The notes below the pieces were generated by a model, which saw nothing but the letters and a program-made list of their open reading frames with translations, was not told the origin of the DNA and searched no databases. Of a DNA stretch of 33,983 bases, positions 20,397 through 29,566 are shown in pieces; position 1 is the stretch's first letter, and every line of letters starts with the position of its first letter. The stretch is taken from positions 1-33,983 of the forward strand of contig CAIMPQ010000060.1 in NCBI GenBank assembly GCA_903843315.1, given 5' to 3'. The position numbers and the translations under genes are program-made. The DNA is from an uncultured beta proteobacterium. Lineage in GTDB: Bacteria; Pseudomonadota; Gammaproteobacteria; Burkholderiales; Burkholderiaceae.

Positions 20397-20434
20397 TTTC
20401 CGTTCGCGACCAAACAGAAAAGCCTTCGATTATA
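20397..20434 (-). promoter_or_regulatory. rplY -10 box and leader hairpin with GGUCGC loop (L25-leader-like)
   Basis: TATAAT at 20434-20429, then UUUCUGUUU-GGUCGC-GAACGGAAA hairpin (20420-20397). Confidence 0.6.
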
Positions 20435-20508
20435 TCGTGGGAAAGGGTATTTTTGCCTAGAAATGATGCAAAACTGCCAAAAATCGGGGTGAAACAGCGT
20501 TTTTTGGC

Positions 20509-21477
20509 TTATTCAGCAAACATCGACATCACGGAGTCACCCTTGCTAATGCGAGAAAGGGTTTCGGCCAGGATTGGAGCTACGCTTAATTGGCGGATTT
20601 TGCTGACTTTCATCGCTTCTGGGGTCAACGGGATCGTGTCGGTCACCACAAGCTCGTCTAATTCCGAGGCGGCGATACGAGCTACTGCACCACCGGATAG
20701 GACTGCGTGAGTACAGTAAGCAGTAACGCCCTTAGCACCACGCTCTTTTAGCGCCTCAGCGGCCTTACAGAGCGTTCCACCGGTATCGATGATGTCATCC
20801 ATGATGACGCAATGGCGGCCTTCTACTTCACCGATCAGATGCATGACTTCAGAAACGTTAGCCTTGGGGCGACGTTTATCAATAATGGCTAAGTCAGTCC
20901 CTAATTGTTTTGCCATTGCACGGGCGCGTACTACGCCCCCAATATCTGGGGAAACAATGATGAGATCTTTTTGGGTCTTCTGAGCCTGTAAGTCAGCCAG
21001 GAGTACTGGTGAGGAATAAATATTGTCTACAGGAATATCAAAGAAGCCCTGAATTTGGTCGGCATGCAGATCCATGGTCAACACGCGCTCAATGCCAGCA
21101 ACTGACTGGAGCATATTGGCGACGATACGAGCCGAAATGGCAACTCGTGCAGAGCGTGGGCGACGATCTTGGCGTGCATAGCCAAAGTAAGGGATCACGG
21201 CGGTAATCCGGCTGGCTGATGCGCGCTTAAGGGCATCAATCATGATCATGAGTTCCATCAAGCTGTCGTTGGTTGGCGCGCAGGTTGATTGAATCACCAC
21301 GACATTTTTGCCGCGGACGTTTTCTTGAATTTCTACTTGAATCTCACCGTCGGAGAAACGGCCAACAAAGGCTTTCCCCATCGGAAGATTCAGCTCCTTG
21401 GCTACGGCCTCGGCCAAAACGGGATTTGCATTCCCTGTGAATAGGGTCAATAAATCTGGATTGATGGAGGCGGACAT
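20509..21477 (-). CDS. prs: ribose-phosphate pyrophosphokinase
   Basis: [35 protein letters not shown]. Start at ATG 21477; the longer track ORF runs into the tRNA. Confidence 0.97.
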   Translation of the reverse strand: MSASINPDLLTLFTGNANPVLAEAVAKELNLPMGKAFVGRFSDGEIQVEIQENVRGKNVVVIQSTCAPTNDSLMELMIMIDALKRASASRITAVIPYFGYARQDRRPRSARVAISARIVANMLQSVAGIERVLTMDLHADQIQGFFDIPVDNIYSSPVLLADLQAQKTQKDLIIVSPDIGGVVRARAMAKQLGTDLAIIDKRRPKANVSEVMHLIGEVEGRHCVIMDDIIDTGGTLCKAAEALKERGAKGVTAYCTHAVLSGGAVARIAASELDELVVTDTIPLTPEAMKVSKIRQLSVAPILAETLSRISKGDSVMSMFAE

Positions 21478-21530
21478 AGGCTTTAGGGTTTGGTCGGGTA
21501 AAAGGTTGTCTTTATAGTTTCTACAGTATT

Positions 21531-21607
21531 TGGCAGGGGAAGAAGGATTCGAACCTTCGCATGCTGGAATCAAAATCCAGTGCCTTAACCAGCTTGGCGA
21601 TTCCCCT
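21531..21607 (-). tRNA. tRNA-Gln (anticodon TTG)
   Basis: 77 nt; acceptor AGGGGAA/TTCCCCT, G discriminator, encoded CCA; anticodon arm CTGGA-TTTTGAT-TCCAG; T arm GAAGG-TTCGAAT-CCTTC; usual position between ispE and prs. Confidence 0.97.
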
Positions 21608-21612
21608 ACAGG

Positions 21613-22488
21613 TCAATCTGAAGAAATCAAATTGTAAGCGGGATTTTTATTTAACCCCCGAACAATCCGACTTAACCACCCTTTTGGAAGATTTTGCAAA
21701 AGATTTTCTAGTTTGGCGGTATCGGTCTTAGGGCCTAAGACGGCAAAAACGCTACTTCCAGATCCAGACATTCGGGGCTTAGAGCCCGGTAATATTTGGC
21801 TAATCCAATCCAAAGCTTGCTTCACTTCAGGACAAATCCGCATCGCTACAGCCTGACAATCATTCGTTTGAAACGACCACGGCGACGCAAGAAAGCCATC
21901 AATTGTAATCTGAGGGTGATCTCGGGTCAATTCTGGGTCATGAAAAATGCTTACGGTTGAAATTCCTTGATTGGGAAATAGGACTAAAAAATCTTGGGTT
22001 TCCAAGGCAATTTCTTGAATTTGCTCACCAATTCCCTCAACAAAAGCATTTTGGCCAAAGATGAAAAAAGGGACATCAGCACCAAGTTGTATACCCAGTT
22101 TGGCTAAGGTTTCTTTACTTAAGTGGAGATCCCAAAGGGCGTTTAGGCCAATCAAGGTACTGGCGGCATCAGAAGATCCGCCGCCCAAACCAGCACCCAT
22201 CGGAATTTCTTTTTTGAGGTCGATTTCAACGCCATTCTCAATTTGGCAAAACTCTTTTAATAATTTTGCTGCACGAACCACCAAATCACTTTCTGGGGGT
22301 ACGCCAGGAATGGGATTGATTCGACGCACTTCATTTTCTGGGATGAGTTTGAGGGTGAGGGTGTCGCACCAATCTATTAATTGAAAAACGGATTGGAGTA
22401 AGTGGTAGCCATCAGGACGACGTCCAACGATATGCAGAAAAAGATTGAGTTTTGCTGGTGAGTGCAGCGTTAAACAATTGCTAGTCAT
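21613..22488 (-). CDS. ispE: 4-diphosphocytidyl-2-C-methyl-D-erythritol kinase
   Basis: SPAKLNLFL, GHMP motif PMGAGLGGGSSDAA, LGADVP, MSGSGS. ATG 22488. Confidence 0.97.
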   Translation of the reverse strand: MTSNCLTLHSPAKLNLFLHIVGRRPDGYHLLQSVFQLIDWCDTLTLKLIPENEVRRINPIPGVPPESDLVVRAAKLLKEFCQIENGVEIDLKKEIPMGAGLGGGSSDAASTLIGLNALWDLHLSKETLAKLGIQLGADVPFFIFGQNAFVEGIGEQIQEIALETQDFLVLFPNQGISTVSIFHDPELTRDHPQITIDGFLASPWSFQTNDCQAVAMRICPEVKQALDWISQILPGSKPRMSGSGSSVFAVLGPKTDTAKLENLLQNLPKGWLSRIVRGLNKNPAYNLISSD

Positions 22489-23968
22489 TCGGATGATCAA
22501 ATACCAAGCGAATATCAATGGAACCAATATTGGAGCTGCGGGTCATTGTGAGTTTATCTAAGCGATTGTTCTTGCTCCAGCTATAAACCAAATCCCAGCC
22601 ATCCTGACTAATTTTGCTGACTTGCCCTTTAGGGTTTCTTTCGACACTTGCTTCGCTACCTGGCCGTACTTCGCCTCTTAGCCAATTTGATAACCCCCGC
22701 GCAGGTAGCGGTAGGCCTAAAGTGTTTTGCATTAAGGTATCGGCATCAATGGCGGTAACTATTTGGCCGTCGCGCTCAAGCGTTGCTTCTCCAGGAGTAA
22801 TTGTTATTTTCGCAATGGAGCCGCCTACGGGGTTGCGAATCTCTAAAGTATCTTTGAGTGCTTCTTGGGTCAAACTAAACCCTCCTGAGCCACCTTGATT
22901 TTGGGCTTCAGTAAGCCCGCTGATTTTGACTGCAAAGCGACCATCCCAAGAGCCGTTAGGGGCCTGTTCTGGGCTAGACCAGTCGGGCTTCAAGCGCTGA
23001 AGTGTTTCTTTTAGGGTGGGGTTATTGGCGTCTAATTTTTGACCTTGACGCCACATTGCTTCAGCTTCGGGTTTGCGATTCATTATCCACAATACTTCGC
23101 CGGTATGTGCTGCGATATCGGCCTCTGGCTTCATGGCGAATGCTTGCTGAAGCTGCTCTAAAGCAATTGCATTTTTCCCAAGACGAAAATTAACCCAACC
23201 TAAACTATCTAGTATGAAGCTATCTTTAGGAGAAAGCTGATGTGCTTTACTGATGAGTGCAAAAGCTTCTGGTAATTTGATATTCCGATCAGCCAATGAG
23301 TAACCCAAGGCATTTAAAGAATTTGCATCATTGGGATTCTTACGCAAAATCTCGCGTAGCGTTTTTTCCATCACATCCAAACGCCCAGACTTTTCGGCGG
23401 ACATGGCATAGGTATATAAGAGCCCTTGATCTTTTGGCGCTATTTTTACAGTGGATGCAATTTCATAAAAGGCGCGCAAAGCCTCGGTTTCATCTTTGGC
23501 TTTTGCGAGTAAGGCTTGCAATTGCAAAAGCGTATTTTCTTGTTGTGCGGGAGTTTGTTGACTCAATAATGTAATTGCGGGTTTTACAGCGTCTGACCAG
23601 CGATTACTTAACACCAGCAGAGTAATGAGTACTTCTTTTGGTTTTGTTTGGGATGCTGGCGATAGTTCATCCCAAGTTTTGGCCGCCTGTAAGGCTAAAT
23701 CAGGGGAGCCACCTGCAATAGCAATTTCCATCGCCCTTTGAGCCAAACGAGGATCTTTATATTGACGCGCCATTTCCATATAGGTGTTGTAGGCTAAGCC
23801 GGCCTCTCCGCGTTGCAAGGCAATTTCAGAGGCCAGCACTTCAAATATCACTTCACCACTCTGCGGGGCATTTGTAGGTGTCTGGGCCTGGCTGGAACCA
23901 GCTACCCCTCCAGTCAGCGCCAATAGGAATAAGCCCGTAAAAAAGGGCTTCATTGTGAATTTGCTCAT
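22481..23968 (-). CDS. lolB: fused TPR-repeat protein and LolB domain
   Basis: N-terminal ~330 aa is TPR (NALGYSLADRN, DSLGWV, AAHTGEVLW). C-terminal ~155 aa has LolB motifs (WDGRFAV, NPVG, LPLPARGLSNWLRG, QDGWDLVY). Sits directly upstream of ispE. Start could be 23968 or 23953. Confidence 0.85.
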   Translation of the reverse strand: MSKFTMKPFFTGLFLLALTGGVAGSSQAQTPTNAPQSGEVIFEVLASEIALQRGEAGLAYNTYMEMARQYKDPRLAQRAMEIAIAGGSPDLALQAAKTWDELSPASQTKPKEVLITLLVLSNRWSDAVKPAITLLSQQTPAQQENTLLQLQALLAKAKDETEALRAFYEIASTVKIAPKDQGLLYTYAMSAEKSGRLDVMEKTLREILRKNPNDANSLNALGYSLADRNIKLPEAFALISKAHQLSPKDSFILDSLGWVNFRLGKNAIALEQLQQAFAMKPEADIAAHTGEVLWIMNRKPEAEAMWRQGQKLDANNPTLKETLQRLKPDWSSPEQAPNGSWDGRFAVKISGLTEAQNQGGSGGFSLTQEALKDTLEIRNPVGGSIAKITITPGEATLERDGQIVTAIDADTLMQNTLGLPLPARGLSNWLRGEVRPGSEASVERNPKGQVSKISQDGWDLVYSWSKNNRLDKLTMTRSSNIGSIDIRLVFDHPND

Positions 23969-24003
23969 AAGCACATTCTAATCTGCGAATCTACAATTCA
24001 TTT

Positions 24004-24840
24004 ATGCCAGAACTCCCAGAGGTTGAAGTAACCAGGTTAGGAATTGCCCCCCATCTTCAGGGGCAAAAGCTAAGCGCCGTCAAAGTGCTGGATGGACGTT
24101 TACGTTGGCCCGTTCCGAGTAACTTGCCAAAGATTCTTCCAGGTCAAAAGGTGCACTCCATAGATAGGCGCGGAAAGTACCTCTTAATTGAAATGGATAT
24201 GGGTCACCTACTGATTCATTTGGGTATGACGGGGACTCTCAGAGTCTTGCCTTGTTCAGAACCGTTGAAAACACACGATCGAGTCACGTTTGAATTTGGC
24301 AAGTTCAGTTTGCGCTTACATGATCCTCGTAAATTTGGTGCTGTCTTGTGGCACCCCAAAACCAAGGGCGCGCTTGACAAGCATGTGCTCTTACAAAAGC
24401 TTGGAGTGGAACCATTTTCATCCGAGTTTGCAGGAGAGCTTGGTGCTGCAATTCTGTATCAAGCTTCTCGCAAAAGAAGTATTGCCGTTAAGCAATTCCT
24501 CTTAGCCGGCCAAGCGGTGGTAGGTGTTGGAAATATCTACTGTTCAGAAAGTTTGTTTATGGCCGGTATTCATCCAACAAAAGCAGCGGGTAAGTTAACC
24601 CGTCTGCAGTGCGTTCGTTTAGCAGAGGCTGTGAGAGTCATTCTGAAAAAAGCCATCGATGCTGGGGGCAGTAGTTTGAAGGATTTTGTAAATAGTGAAG
24701 GAGATCCAGGCCACTTCATGGTGCAAACCAAAGTATATGACCGCAAAGGCTTGCCCTGCAAGGTTTGCAAGACGCCCATCACCCAAATAGTGCAGGGACA
24801 ACGATCCACTTATTTTTGTCCTCAATGTCAAAAACGTTGA
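24004..24840 (+). CDS. mutM: formamidopyrimidine-DNA glycosylase
   Basis: MPELPEVE, RRGKY, HLGMTG, GVGNIY, C-terminal zinc finger CKVC...CPQCQ. Confidence 0.98.
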   Translation: MPELPEVEVTRLGIAPHLQGQKLSAVKVLDGRLRWPVPSNLPKILPGQKVHSIDRRGKYLLIEMDMGHLLIHLGMTGTLRVLPCSEPLKTHDRVTFEFGKFSLRLHDPRKFGAVLWHPKTKGALDKHVLLQKLGVEPFSSEFAGELGAAILYQASRKRSIAVKQFLLAGQAVVGVGNIYCSESLFMAGIHPTKAAGKLTRLQCVRLAEAVRVILKKAIDAGGSSLKDFVNSEGDPGHFMVQTKVYDRKGLPCKVCKTPITQIVQGQRSTYFCPQCQKR

Positions 24841-25970
24841 TAGAAACTTTTTCAAAGAAGCTGATTGCTTGGCACGGGGTTAGTGGTCGCTCGGGTTTGC
24901 CTTGGCAAAACAATCGAGATCCCTATGCCGTATGGGTTTCTGAAATCATGTTGCAACAAACCCAAGTAGCGACCGTGCTGGAACGTTATCCCCGCTTCAT
25001 GAAGCGTTTTCCAACAGTGAAAAAGCTAGCTGCAGCGGATATCGATGAAGTGCTGGCTGAGTGGGCAGGCTTGGGCTATTACTCCCGCGCTAGAAATTTG
25101 CATACCTGCGCTCAGCAAGTGATGCAAGATTTTTCTGGAAAGTTTCCCAATGATCCCATGCTCCTTGAGCAACTCAAAGGGATTGGTCGGTCAACAGCGG
25201 GCGCCATTGCAGCATTTGCATTTCATGAAAAAGCGCCCATTCTGGATGCGAATGTCAAAAGAATTTTGGCGCGTTTATTTGCAATTGAAGGGGCAATCCA
25301 AGAAAAGATAGTGAATGATCGCCTGTGGGATTTGGCTACAGCATTGCTACCGAGTAATTCGGAGGATATGCCGGTGTATACGCAAGCTTTGATGGACTTT
25401 GGAGCAACCTGGTGTACTTCACGAAAACCGGTGTGCATCACTGGTGAGAAAAAATGCCCCTTTGTCAAAGATTGCCAGGCCAATTTGAGCGACCAAGTTA
25501 TGGCCCTCCCGCAAAAAGTAGTGAAGGCAAAATCCCCAGAATTTGATTGCGACATGTTGTTGATTCGATTGGACAATGCAGTCCTGCTGCAAAAGCGTCC
25601 GAGTAAGGCAATCTGGGGTGGTTTATGGTCCTTACCAGAATCCCCTTGGAGACCAAGAACCACTGTTAATGGAAGGTCTCCTAAAGCCTTAAAAGGGTTG
25701 CTAGAAGCGGCGCTCCCCGATGAGAAGAGCAGCGTCATGCTGCAGTCCCTTGGGGATCTAAGGCAAGGTCAACAGATCAAACATATCTTTACGCATCGCC
25801 GTCTGTGGATGCAAATTTGGGAAGTTCATTCCTTGAAGTCTTTGGAATTGACGAGCTCAAACTTTAAGTGGGTGCCCCTCAATCAATTAGGGCGATATGG
25901 TTTGCCACAGCCAATTAAACTTTTATTACAGGGATTGAGTCTAGCTCGCGGTGACGATCTAAAAAAATAA
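24825..25970 (+). CDS. mutY: A/G-specific adenine glycosylase
   Basis: VWVSEIMLQQTQV, WAGLGYYSRARNL, HhH motif LKGIGRSTA, LDANVKR, HIFTH. ATG 24825. Confidence 0.96.
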   Translation: MSKTLIETFSKKLIAWHGVSGRSGLPWQNNRDPYAVWVSEIMLQQTQVATVLERYPRFMKRFPTVKKLAAADIDEVLAEWAGLGYYSRARNLHTCAQQVMQDFSGKFPNDPMLLEQLKGIGRSTAGAIAAFAFHEKAPILDANVKRILARLFAIEGAIQEKIVNDRLWDLATALLPSNSEDMPVYTQALMDFGATWCTSRKPVCITGEKKCPFVKDCQANLSDQVMALPQKVVKAKSPEFDCDMLLIRLDNAVLLQKRPSKAIWGGLWSLPESPWRPRTTVNGRSPKALKGLLEAALPDEKSSVMLQSLGDLRQGQQIKHIFTHRRLWMQIWEVHSLKSLELTSSNFKWVPLNQLGRYGLPQPIKLLLQGLSLARGDDLKK

Positions 25971-26805
25971 GCTGCAGGGCACTTAAATCTTTTTGTGCGC
26001 GGAAGTGTTCGCTAAGACGGTTAACTAAGTAGACCGACCGATGTTGTCCCCCAGTGCAACCAATTGCCACTGTTAAATAGCTACGACCATCTGCTATGTA
26101 ATGGGGTAACCATTTTTCAATAAATTGGGTAATGTCTCTTTCCATACTAATTACTTCTGGAATGTTTTCTAGGAACTCTTTCACGGGTTTGTCGTTGCCG
26201 GTGAGGGGCCTCAAGACTTTGTCGTAATGGGGGTTTGGTAGGCAGCGAACATCAAACACTAAGTCTGCGTCGCTGGGAACTCCTTTTTTAAAACCAAAGG
26301 ATTCAAAAATAACCGTCAGTCCGAGTGGCTTATCTTTAAAAATATCTTGAATCCAAGCACGCAATGCATTGGCAGGTAAATTACTTGTATCAATGCTATG
26401 TGCTTGGGCGCGCAGAGGCTCAAGTAAAGTACGCTCATTATCGATAGCTTCAATTAGTGTGGCAGATCCAGTCTTTGCTGTGCTTTTGGAAAGCGGGTGG
26501 CGTCGGCGAGTTTCTGAAAAGCGTTGTACTAAGGTGTTGGTGTCCGCGTTTAAGAAAATCACGCGAACTTGATGATGGCTTCGTAAATTTTCTAGGATAG
26601 ATGGCAGGTCGGCAAGCGATTGACCACGACGTGCATCAATCGCCACGGCTACTTGCTCACTGTTTTCTTGCTCAAGAGTATGAATGAGATTTTCGAGAAG
26701 CGAAACAGGCAAGTTATCCACACAGTCATAACCTGCATCCTCAAAAGCCCTTAGGGCAACTGATTTACCCGAGCCAGAGATTCCGGTAATCAAATTAATT
26801 TGCAT
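25915..26805 (-). CDS. rapZ: RNase adapter RapZ (YvcJ family)
   Basis: GISGSGKS, RFSETRRRHP, SFGFKKG, GCTGGQHRSV. Confidence 0.96.
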   Translation of the reverse strand: MQINLITGISGSGKSVALRAFEDAGYDCVDNLPVSLLENLIHTLEQENSEQVAVAIDARRGQSLADLPSILENLRSHHQVRVIFLNADTNTLVQRFSETRRRHPLSKSTAKTGSATLIEAIDNERTLLEPLRAQAHSIDTSNLPANALRAWIQDIFKDKPLGLTVIFESFGFKKGVPSDADLVFDVRCLPNPHYDKVLRPLTGNDKPVKEFLENIPEVISMERDITQFIEKWLPHYIADGRSYLTVAIGCTGGQHRSVYLVNRLSEHFRAQKDLSALQLIFLDRHRELDSIPVIKV

Positions 26806-26808
26806 GGC

Positions 26809-27795
26809 TTAGAGTAGGCGCCCTTGAGATTTGATGGAATCCGCTTCAGCGTTCATTTGGATACGCTGCCGCTCAATAAATTCTTTGAGAGTATCAATTC
26901 CACGCAATTGCAAAATAGTATTCCGCACTGCTGCCTCAACCAAAACTGCCAAGTTGCGACCAGCAGCCACTTGAATTTTGACAGTGCGGATAGGGATCCC
27001 TAATACGTCAATATGTTGAGCCTCTAAAGGTAGTCTTTCAAACTCACCATCAGTTCTGCGAACAAGTTGTACGATGAGACGCAACTTGAGTTTGCGACGT
27101 ACAGCCGTTTCGCCAAAGATAGTACGAATATCTAAAAGGCCTAGGCCACGAACCTCAAGCAGGTTACGCAAGATGATGGGGCAGCGCCCTTCAATATAAT
27201 CGGGACCGAGGCGTGCAAAGTCAACAGCATCATCAGCAACCAAACCGTGGCCGCGAGAAATGAGCTCAAGACCCAATTCGCTTTTGCCGAGACCTGAGTC
27301 ACCGGTTAACAATACGCCTAAACCCAAAATGTCCATAAATACGCCATGCATCGTGATTTGCGGAGCACCAATTTTGGTTAAGTAGGTGCGTAGATGGTCG
27401 ATGACCTCTGCTGCAGAGATGTTGGTAGTAAATAAAGGGGTTGAAGAGCGCTGGCAGAAAAGTTGAAGATCGGTATCTGCCGCTTTACCGTCAGCCACAA
27501 TGACGCAAGGCGGAGTTTTAGAAATTAAGCTGGCAATCTGCTCCTGCCGCTGTTTAGGGTCTAAGGCCGCATGGTAGTCCACTTCTTGTACGCCAAAGAT
27601 TTGAATACGACTAGGGTGGATTAGATTTAAGTGACCCACTAAATCAGAGCTAGCTGCAGCAGCTTTGACTGCTTCAGCTGGAAAAGTGCGGTCAGCACCT
27701 TCTAATCCACCAATCCAAGAAAGCTTAAGATCTGAAACGTTATCGTCAAATATCTGTTGTGCATTTACTCCTTCTAAGAGCAATGGCTGCGTCAT
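26809..27795 (-). CDS. hprK: HPr kinase/phosphorylase
   Basis: [29 protein letters not shown]. Start at ATG 27795 (ATGA overlap with ptsN). Confidence 0.96.
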   Translation of the reverse strand: MTQPLLLEGVNAQQIFDDNVSDLKLSWIGGLEGADRTFPAEAVKAAAASSDLVGHLNLIHPSRIQIFGVQEVDYHAALDPKQRQEQIASLISKTPPCVIVADGKAADTDLQLFCQRSSTPLFTTNISAAEVIDHLRTYLTKIGAPQITMHGVFMDILGLGVLLTGDSGLGKSELGLELISRGHGLVADDAVDFARLGPDYIEGRCPIILRNLLEVRGLGLLDIRTIFGETAVRRKLKLRLIVQLVRRTDGEFERLPLEAQHIDVLGIPIRTVKIQVAAGRNLAVLVEAAVRNTILQLRGIDTLKEFIERQRIQMNAEADSIKSQGRLL

Positions 27796-28253
27796 TTTAT
27801 TTTCCCCCACTGCTGCAATAGTTCGCATACTTTGATCGGATCATTGGTAGACGACAAAAATTGACGGGCATTTGCATCAGATAGTAATTGGGCGATAGAG
27901 GATAGGATTTCTAAATGCTGTTGAGTTGCCTTTTCTGGTACTAACAAAAAAATCAGAATGGAGACTGGTTCTCCATCTGGGGCAGCAAATTCAATGGGGT
28001 CTTTTAGTTTTAGTAAGGCGGCAATTGGTTGCTTCAAGCCTTTCACGCGACCATGCGGGATAGCAACACCAGCACCAAGCGCGGTAGAGCCTAAATCTTC
28101 ACGCGCATTCAGAAAATCAACAATAGCGCTAGCTTCAAGGCCAGCATGCTTTGAGAATAGGGCTCCGGCTGCTGCAAATGCATCAGCCCTGTTTTTGGCG
28201 GGGTTGTCTAATGCAATGCAGTCAGGGGTGAAAAGAGTTGTCAGGGCATTCAT
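27792..28253 (-). CDS. ptsN: PTS IIA component, EIIA-Ntr-like
   Basis: [19 protein letters not shown] phospho-His motif, [15 protein letters not shown]. Confidence 0.92.
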   Translation of the reverse strand: MNALTTLFTPDCIALDNPAKNRADAFAAAGALFSKHAGLEASAIVDFLNAREDLGSTALGAGVAIPHGRVKGLKQPIAALLKLKDPIEFAAPDGEPVSILIFLLVPEKATQQHLEILSSIAQLLSDANARQFLSSTNDPIKVCELLQQWGKIK

Positions 28254-28286
28254 TTGAATTGATTATAGGTGTCCTGACGCCTGAGA

Positions 28287-28610
28287 TTACTCAAATCGCT
28301 TGTCGTGATGGTGATCTTGAAGTTTTTCTTTATGTTTTACAACTTGACGCTCGAGTTTATCAACCACCGCATCCATGGCATGGTACAAATCAGCGTTGTG
28401 TGCTTCAGCGAACAATTCCTTACCTTTTAGGTGAATCGTGATCTCTGCGCTCTGACGGAGTTCCTTTTCTTTGGCGTTATCTACAACGAGAAAGGCGGAA
28501 GCATCAATTACATGGTCAAAGTGCTTACGAATTTTGGCCATCCCAGCTTCCAGGTGCGTACGCATGGCTGGCGTTACTTCCAGGTGGCGGCTATTAATTT
28601 TCAAATTCAT
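28287..28610 (-). CDS. hpf: ribosome hibernation promoting factor (short HPF/RaiA)
   Basis: HLEVTPAMR, DLYHAMDAVVDKLERQVVKHKEK. AGGAG SD lies 6 nt before ATG 28610. Confidence 0.93.
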   Translation of the reverse strand: MNLKINSRHLEVTPAMRTHLEAGMAKIRKHFDHVIDASAFLVVDNAKEKELRQSAEITIHLKGKELFAEAHNADLYHAMDAVVDKLERQVVKHKEKLQDHHHDKRFE

Positions 28611-28798
28611 CAGCATCTCCTCTTATATACGCTTGCGCATGCTCATGCATGGGGTGCGCAGCAGGCCCCTAAAATTATTTGAGCAGTATTTTTTGAAAGA
28701 AACTTCATGAACCTCCAGCGTATCAGCGAATTTGCCGAAAACCAAGAGGGAAAGCACTTTTTTATTACATACATAAATTGCTTCTTAACTTACCCAGC

Positions 28799-29566
28799 TT
28801 ACATCCGGAAGTTTTCGCCTAAATAAACTCTTCGTACAGCGTCGTTTTGGATGATCTGATCTGGCTTACCCTCGGCCAGGACGCTGCCTTCACTGATAAT
28901 GTAGGCGTGGTCGCAAATACCCAGGGTTTCACGAACGTTGTGGTCAGTAATGAGCACGCCGATTTGGCGATCCCGTAGGAAGCGCACAATACGCTGGATT
29001 TCCCCAACAGCGATAGGGTCAACACCAGCAAATGGCTCATCTAATAGGATAAATTTTGGCTGAGAAGCCAAAGCTCTAGCAATCTCAACCCTTCGGCGCT
29101 CTCCGCCAGATAATGAGAGGGCTGGATTATTCCGTAAGTGGGTGATTTGCAGTTCACCCAGAAGCTCGTCAAGGCGAGTGGCAATTTCCGCTTTGCTCAG
29201 GGGTTTACCGCCCTGCACTTGGAGCTCCAGAACTGCCTGGATGTTTTCAGCAACATTCAGTTTTCTAAAAACAGAGGCTTCTTGGGGAAGATACGATAAG
29301 CCCATCCGCGCACGCTCATGAATAGGTAAATGAGTAATATCCGCACCATCTAAAACAATGTTTCCGCCATCGAGTGGGACCAGGCCAACAATCATGTAAA
29401 ACGAAGTCGTTTTACCAGCACCATTTGGTCCAAGAAGGCCTACCACTTCACCACATTTCACTTGGATGGAAACATCACGAACTACAGTTCTGGAACCGTA
29501 ACGCTTTTGTAGATGATGGGCACTAAGAGTAGCCGTCTGATTGGGTTGCGCTAAATCCGTTGTCAT
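28799..29566 (-). CDS. lptB: LPS export ABC transporter ATP-binding protein
   Basis: [45 protein letters not shown]. Confidence 0.97.
   Translation of the reverse strand: MTTDLAQPNQTATLSAHHLQKRYGSRTVVRDVSIQVKCGEVVGLLGPNGAGKTTSFYMIVGLVPLDGGNIVLDGADITHLPIHERARMGLSYLPQEASVFRKLNVAENIQAVLELQVQGGKPLSKAEIATRLDELLGELQITHLRNNPALSLSGGERRRVEIARALASQPKFILLDEPFAGVDPIAVGEIQRIVRFLRDRQIGVLITDHNVRETLGICDHAYIISEGSVLAEGKPDQIIQNDAVRRVYLGENFRM

Noticed and set aside
21478-21573. N-terminal extension of Prs in the ORF track
   Set aside because: It reads through tRNA-Gln; GSNP is the translated T arm.
21481-21620. tRNA as a possible island integration site
   Set aside because: No integrase or duplicated 3' end, and native ispE-tRNA-prs synteny is intact.
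25915-28253. hprK with ptsN and rapZ but no HPr gene nearby
   Set aside because: A common betaproteobacterial arrangement; ptsH and ptsI are usually at another locus.
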